DNA of 62,837 bases, counting the filler, from Choristocarpus tenellus KU-1152 (lineage: Eukaryota > Protista > Phaeophyceae): NCBI GenBank assembly GCA_964200185.2. It is 6 parts of 6 records of this genome, joined end to end, with 100 filler letters (N's around TTAATTAATTAA, not from the genome) between each part and the next. Parts side by side here need not be neighbours in the genome. Positions count along the whole stretch, not along the records: positions 57,637 to 62,837 come from CAXNAD020011525.1; 5 more parts are not named here. The stretch is one strand, 5' to 3'. Made by a program: the position numbers and the translations under genes. A model generated the notes under the pieces. That model searched no databases. It was given only the letters and a program-made list of their open reading frames with translations, and was not told the origin of the DNA. Shown here piece after piece: positions 57,637 through 62,837 of this stretch (positions are counted from its first letter, which is position 1; each line of letters opens with the position of its first letter).

Positions 57637-60350
57637 CTCTATTTCTGTTTAGTCCGTCAGCACCCCCCCCGCCCCCCTCTCCCCCCCCCAAAGAACTTCT
57701 TCCATCTAGTGATCCACCCAAACCTCCCTCCCCTTCCCTCTTGGACATGTAACTACCACTGGGGGAGTCCCTGCCATGCTTGTCCTCTCCAAATCCACAA
57801 CATCCTGCAGCTTCCACCTCATCAGCGTACACTACATCTCCCTGAGACACAAACACACGCACAGGACGTGGAAGACCTGCCCAGTCCTTTCTAATGTCCC
57901 TCCTCCTGCCCCTACCTTTGCTCCCTCCCCCTCCCCCTCGGACCTTCTCCATTGTCAGGTTTTCATTTTTCCCATCTGTTGTTTTAGTATCATTGTTGAA
58001 AATTGAGTCCCCTTCTTCTCCCCTTGCCGCAGCTGTTTCTGAAAGATTGGATTTAAAAGTCTCAGTCTTCCCCACTGCCCCCCTCTTGTCCCTTTGTGAC
58101 GCCTTTCCCATGGAAATTTCATTGCCAACACCTCTGGCCATCTTCCCTGCCTTCTCCTCCTCCTCCCCATCTAGTTCATCTTCCCCATCCTTGGGAAGAG
58201 GGGAAGGAGGCCAGGAGGCAAATAGTTCAGCAATATCACGCAAAACATGGGCTGCTGTTGTCGGCCCGTACCACTCACCCGGAAGCTTGTCATATTTGAC
58301 CCCAACCTGGTTTAACCAACAAGAAGCGCAGTCCAGAGCAGTTTATGATCAAATTTTGTAGCGGCAAAAGCCATCAACACAACCACACAGCCATTAGACT
58401 CTCTTGATGAACTTAACCATTGCTATTATTACATGAATTGCACCACAAGTCCCCACCCACCTTCTTCACTTGGGGCATCCTAGACCAGGTATCACACAAC
58501 TCTTAAACCTAACCCTCCATTACATTTTCCACAATACTGTCGACTTTGATCTTCTATGACCTCCTGTAGTGGATTGTTTCAAGTACTACAAAAAAAACAC
58601 TAAGCATAACACTAGGTTAAGTGCCTAGCCTTTCAACCCCAATTACAAAAAACCCCTAGAGTGAAGCAGCCCAAGCCCTGGATTCTGTCGAGTTCAGTAT
58701 GCATACACAATTACGAGATCGAGAGGTAGAGCTTAGGGTTAGGGTAGGAGGCATGGTATGAGAAAATAGAAAGCAAAAAAATCTACATTCACACCAGTTG
58801 AGGGAAATAGTATTTTACATTGAGCTACCAACTACATTTGTAATCATACCATTGCTACCATCACTAGCATTGTTACGCACAAAACAATAAAAGGAATAAC
58901 TTTGTTTCATCTCTGGCTGAGATAACATACCTGACACATATTGTGGATGGAAAATATATTAGCCTCCCCGGGGTGATCCGTGAACAACTCTACCAGCCTT
59001 CTGTACTCCGGGATTCGTAGGCGATCTTGGATTGGACGAGGTACCCGCCATGATCTTCAAGAGGAACGAAGGCACAAAAACACATGTGTTGTGGGTGCAT
59101 CAGTAGCAAGCCAGACTGCTTTCATATTGTGATCCTACATAAACAACAGTTTCTTATGAAATACTGCAATGGGATAGAGGTGAACATCCAACAGGTCATT
59201 CCTCCTGTTGGTTGTTATACAGCAGGAAAGCTGCATTTTGTCTCGTTACATTCAAGATAATACTAGTGTGGGGACAGGGGGGTGATGCATGGGAAGATGC
59301 TCTAGACATTGCTGCCTTCCTGTGGGATAGTGTAAAACATACTACAAGCAACTCAAAGTAGAGCGTTGTGGATATGATGTTTCCACAAAGGTGAATCACT
59401 GCGAAATGAGTAGGCCTTAGTAGGAATTAACGCAATGCAAAGTATTCGCCAGACCAAGTGGAACGAACGAGGTTTGAAGAAATGCCTCCAGGTCTTTCCT
59501 ACATTGTCCACTCGGCAATAATAAGAAGCATTCCAAACATAAGTCGTGCCGTGGGGAATAGCTGCTATCAAGTTGAGGTAAATGCATTCCTACCTCCCCA
59601 ACAGATGTCGCTGTAGCCCTTGCGCCATAAGCATCTGAGCGCTTCTCAGCATGCATCCCCACCCAGAGTCGTCCGTATATCCATATGGCTCCATTCGTGG
59701 GAATCCGCTCCGGTAGGTTATCCACATCGTGGAGAATACATCTTCACGGCGCTCTTCTTCGAGAAGCTCTAGACGCGGGGAGACGAGTGTGGAATGGAGG
59801 TGGGGGTTTCCTTCCAAGAGGAGAATTGCAATATGCCTTAGTTGGGAGTCCTCGAAATTACCAACTAAATCTCGCAATGTTCATCGTTCAGCACAGGAAG
59901 AAGTGGATGGAGACTTCAATAGTACATCCTTGGAAAAGGTGGCGTTGCTTCGGGAATTTGGAAGCTTATACAACTTTGAGCGGCTCAAGAGCATGAGAGT
60001 ACCACTTGTGAAGGGAAGGACACAGCCGAATGATGCAAAAATGCAGCGATGTGGAGAAAAGGTAATCATGTTGACCAAACTTGTTGGTGCAATCGCCACT
60101 CTTCTTGACCAATCCTCAGGCTGAATGAGACCATCCCAGTGGGAGATCACACCGGACTATTCACAGCTCAACCAGAAATCGATGTACACGTCCCAGAGAA
60201 AACTAACACTTGAAGCAGAGGGTACACTCAAACGGTACACAACACACCTGTATACGGCACTCCTAGGACCCATTTGAGTTCCCCCGCATCCCCAATTCGT
60301 TCACGAGATTCGATATTCCCTAAGCCACTCAGTCCTCTAGATCTCAACAT
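57637..60350 (-). CDS. ATG4: Autophagy cysteine protease ATG4 (peptidase C54), 3'-truncated; exons 60350-60248, 59768-59594, 59054-58931, 58306-57637
   Basis: KWVLGVPY, MWITYRSGF, TDDSGWGCMLRSAQMLMAQGL (catalytic Cys), FSIHNMCQ and PGEWYGPTTAAHVL; splice phases are consistent. Confidence 0.93.
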
Positions 60351-60547
60351 CGTGCCTTTTAGGTCGTAATACCGAAACTGACCTCAACTTTAGTAACTTC
60401 TCTACGTTTCTCAACCCTCTCCTCACATTGATATAGAAAAGGTGTACCTCCACATGTCTTGCAGCACATAAGAACTTGGAAGTTATGAAGATGGAAAACA
60501 CACCAAAATATAGTTGGTGTTTGTTAGACAGAATCACATGCAGGTTG

Positions 60548-61597
60548 ATGGATGTGGCGCAGAGAAGGCCTCCATCAACCTGTAATTTTGATGAGGTGCT
60601 TTTAATCTCTCCACAAGCGAAGGAGGACCCTCACTCTCGCGAGGGTGGAGAAGAGAATGGAGAAGAGCCAGGATTTGGACTGGGCCTCCCTGGGTTGGCA
60701 TCACCAAGCTTGGCATCACCAAGCATGGTCGCACCCCCTCTAAACTTCGCCATGGCGAGTTACAGTTTTGGTTTTAGGAGAAGCAATCTCCGTTGTGAAC
60801 GGAAAGGCTCGTCAATCTTGAACGACGAACTATAGATTTCCCCTCGCTGCCCTCCAGAGGTGACGTCGAGAATATATTCTCTCACTCTCGCTCTTCACTT
60901 GGATCTCCAATCCGATTTCTTTGTTCACGGGCAAGAGCAGGTTTCTGATGGGATATATCGCTCAGGCTTCCCAATCGCTTGCAACTTTGTCTTCGTTCGA
61001 GGGTTGCATCTGCGGAGTATATTGTGCCTATGTCCAGATAGTGTCCCACAGGGATCGTTCGAGTGGGCTAAGAATGAGGGGATCAACATGATGCTTTTTG
61101 ACCTCGGGGTGAACAGGGAACCCTTCGCCTCTATGTCCACTAAGTCGATGCGAGTGGTTATGGACTTCATTGCCGGTGGGTGTGGTTCATGAGATTGGCC
61201 ATTCTGTCCATCCCTGTGACATGCATAAATGCATGAGTTGGTAGTGTGCCTGGAGATAATAGGAATGCCTTTCTCCGCAAAGCTGGCCGTCCTTCTCTCT
61301 CCATCAGTGATGGACTACGACTTTCTAGTCCACTGCTACCAAAAGTCATGAAGTTCTAACGTGTGCAATGGCGGTCAATGTGCTGCTCCCATCCCACGTG
61401 CATGTATTCTTACAGATGCTCGCAACCGACCAATCCTGGTTCATTGCCTAGATGGGAAGACCCAGACGGGGTGCGCTGTGGGATGCCTCCGACGACGTCA
61501 GGGTTGGTCACTCGGTGCCATCTTTGATGAATACATGCGCTTTGCCGGGCCTCGCGCAAAAGCCTTAGACATGCAATTCATCGAACTTTTTGAATAG
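60548..61597 (+). CDS. PFA-DSP / SIW14-OCA family tyrosine-phosphatase-like protein; exons (60548 or 60485/60491/60725)-60754, 60941-61175, 61416-61597; first intron GC-AG
   Basis: PPLNFAM|VSDGIYRSGFPIACNF, LFDLGVNREPF, RNRPILVHCLDGKTQTGCAVGCLRRRQGWSLGAIFDEYMRFAGPRAKALDMQFIELF. The start codon is ambiguous. Confidence 0.9.
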
Positions 61598-61723
61598 TCG
61601 TTTCAAAGTACAGGGCCATAGGCATGCAGCAAGGTGGCCTGACTGTTGTTTCCTACCATAAAATCTTGTACATACTGAACCAATGATACCTTCATTCGGT
61701 CTATTGCGTGTGCCCTGTTGCAT

Positions 61724-62837
61724 TTAGTCATTTTTTGCTATTGGTGTAAAGGTCACAACAGATGCCACCCTCACCTCCTTGCTATTTGTCCATTGTGGTG
61801 AGTTATTGATTGTGAAGTGTGCCTTCTTGACTGTGTTTTGCCTCTGCATTTCAAGGGATGATAAGATCGGAGACCCACAGTAAGCCTTGAGGGTGAGGGT
61901 GGATGGGACCCATGGTGGAAGGGGTGCAAGGGACCACTTTTGCAGTACAACTAATGTTGCATTGTTCAGTATTTTTGCAGCCAAAGAGTGCACTGGTATG
62001 TAACAGCATGTGTCTACACACCCACTCCTTCGCACACGCATGCACATTGTAAATCCCACACACCCTTTCACACCTCCACATTCTCCCCTTACATCTTTTG
62101 GTTATGCATAAAACAGTACACCGAAACAATAGGATTCCCACATACTGGGAGTGAAAACAATCAAATCAATTGTACCCTCACTGTGCGACACAAGATTGGT
62201 TCCACCTGAACCCCCTGAACCCCAAAGACACTACAATCGATCTTTTAAATCGGTCATCTCATTTGCTATGGGGCAATCTTCGCACGCCCACTCAGCAACT
62301 GCCCGGATAGGGACACTCTTTGATGGCCTTGACCAACTGAAGGTGGAACATCTGGCGGGTGCGGGTGTTTCAAACCTGGCGGTTGGATTGTAACTTCTGG
62401 TGCTGTCTGCCATCTGCCCCAGGTTTGGCTAATACCTGCTCTTGTGGGAGCAAGAGTGGTAATGGAAGCAGGTGGCTCTAATGGAGACATAGCTGCAGTG
62501 TTATTCCCTAGAGGCCCCTTCCCTCCCTTTTCGCCTCTGGAGTTGTGGGCCCCACCTATTGATTCCATGGTTGGGACAATAGTCCCTTGCCGGAAGAGAC
62601 GGGCTGACCCCGAAGGGGCATCAAGTCCTTTGTTGTTGATCGTTTTGATGGTGTCACTGGTGCTCAGGTGCCTCTGAATTTGGGGTCCTGATCGTTGCAA
62701 CTTCAGATGGGAGAAATCAAGCCTGGGGACAAGAGGTTTCCTGAGCAAGGGAGATGGAGAGGCACTGGGGAAGATAGTAGTGGTTGTAGTGGGATATTCC
62801 TGTGAGGGGAATGCCCATGCTTTGCCCTTTCGCTCCC
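61724..62837 (-). CDS. Probable 3' exons of an unknown low-complexity protein running in from the window edge
   Basis: Long open frame 62837-62266 (Pro/Ser/Gly-rich, RKPLVPRLDFSHL) and a further open segment ending at 61724. No domain recognised. Confidence 0.4.

Noticed and set aside
60630-60753. Possible antisense-overlapping first exon of ATG4 (MAKFRGGATM...)
   Set aside because: ATG4 has an in-frame ATG at 60350 preceded by a stop and leading straight to the conserved WVLG motif. The region is better explained as the phosphatase's first exon.

Overview
Eukaryotic, intron-rich nuclear DNA, most likely a photosynthetic stramenopile or brown-alga relative. This is an inference from the TTAGGG repeats, long GT-AG introns, a phytol kinase with a bipartite-looking leader and flagellar-type genes. 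The window is not contiguous: it is six contigs joined by five identical artificial 100-nt linkers (N44-TTAATTAATTAA-N44). Genes reconstructed by hand from splice signals: a DUF676 serine esterase (+), a phytol/farnesol kinase (-), the 3' part of Rab2 (+), fragments of a PG-rich/ODF3-like gene (+), an uncharacterised coiled-coil gene (+), a large LRR + EF-hand gene (-), the 5' part of ATG4 (-), a SIW14/OCA-type phosphatase-like gene with a GC-AG intron and no catalytic Arg (+), and an unknown terminal gene (-). The non-coding DNA carries about 25 MITE copies in three families with different interiors. They share the terminal core AAAGTA and make 3-bp target-site duplications of variable sequence; one family is nested inside another. 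Many very short interstitial TTAGGG arrays are scattered through the introns, and one appears to have been written into a MITE terminal repeat. No tRNA, rRNA or CRISPR array was found.
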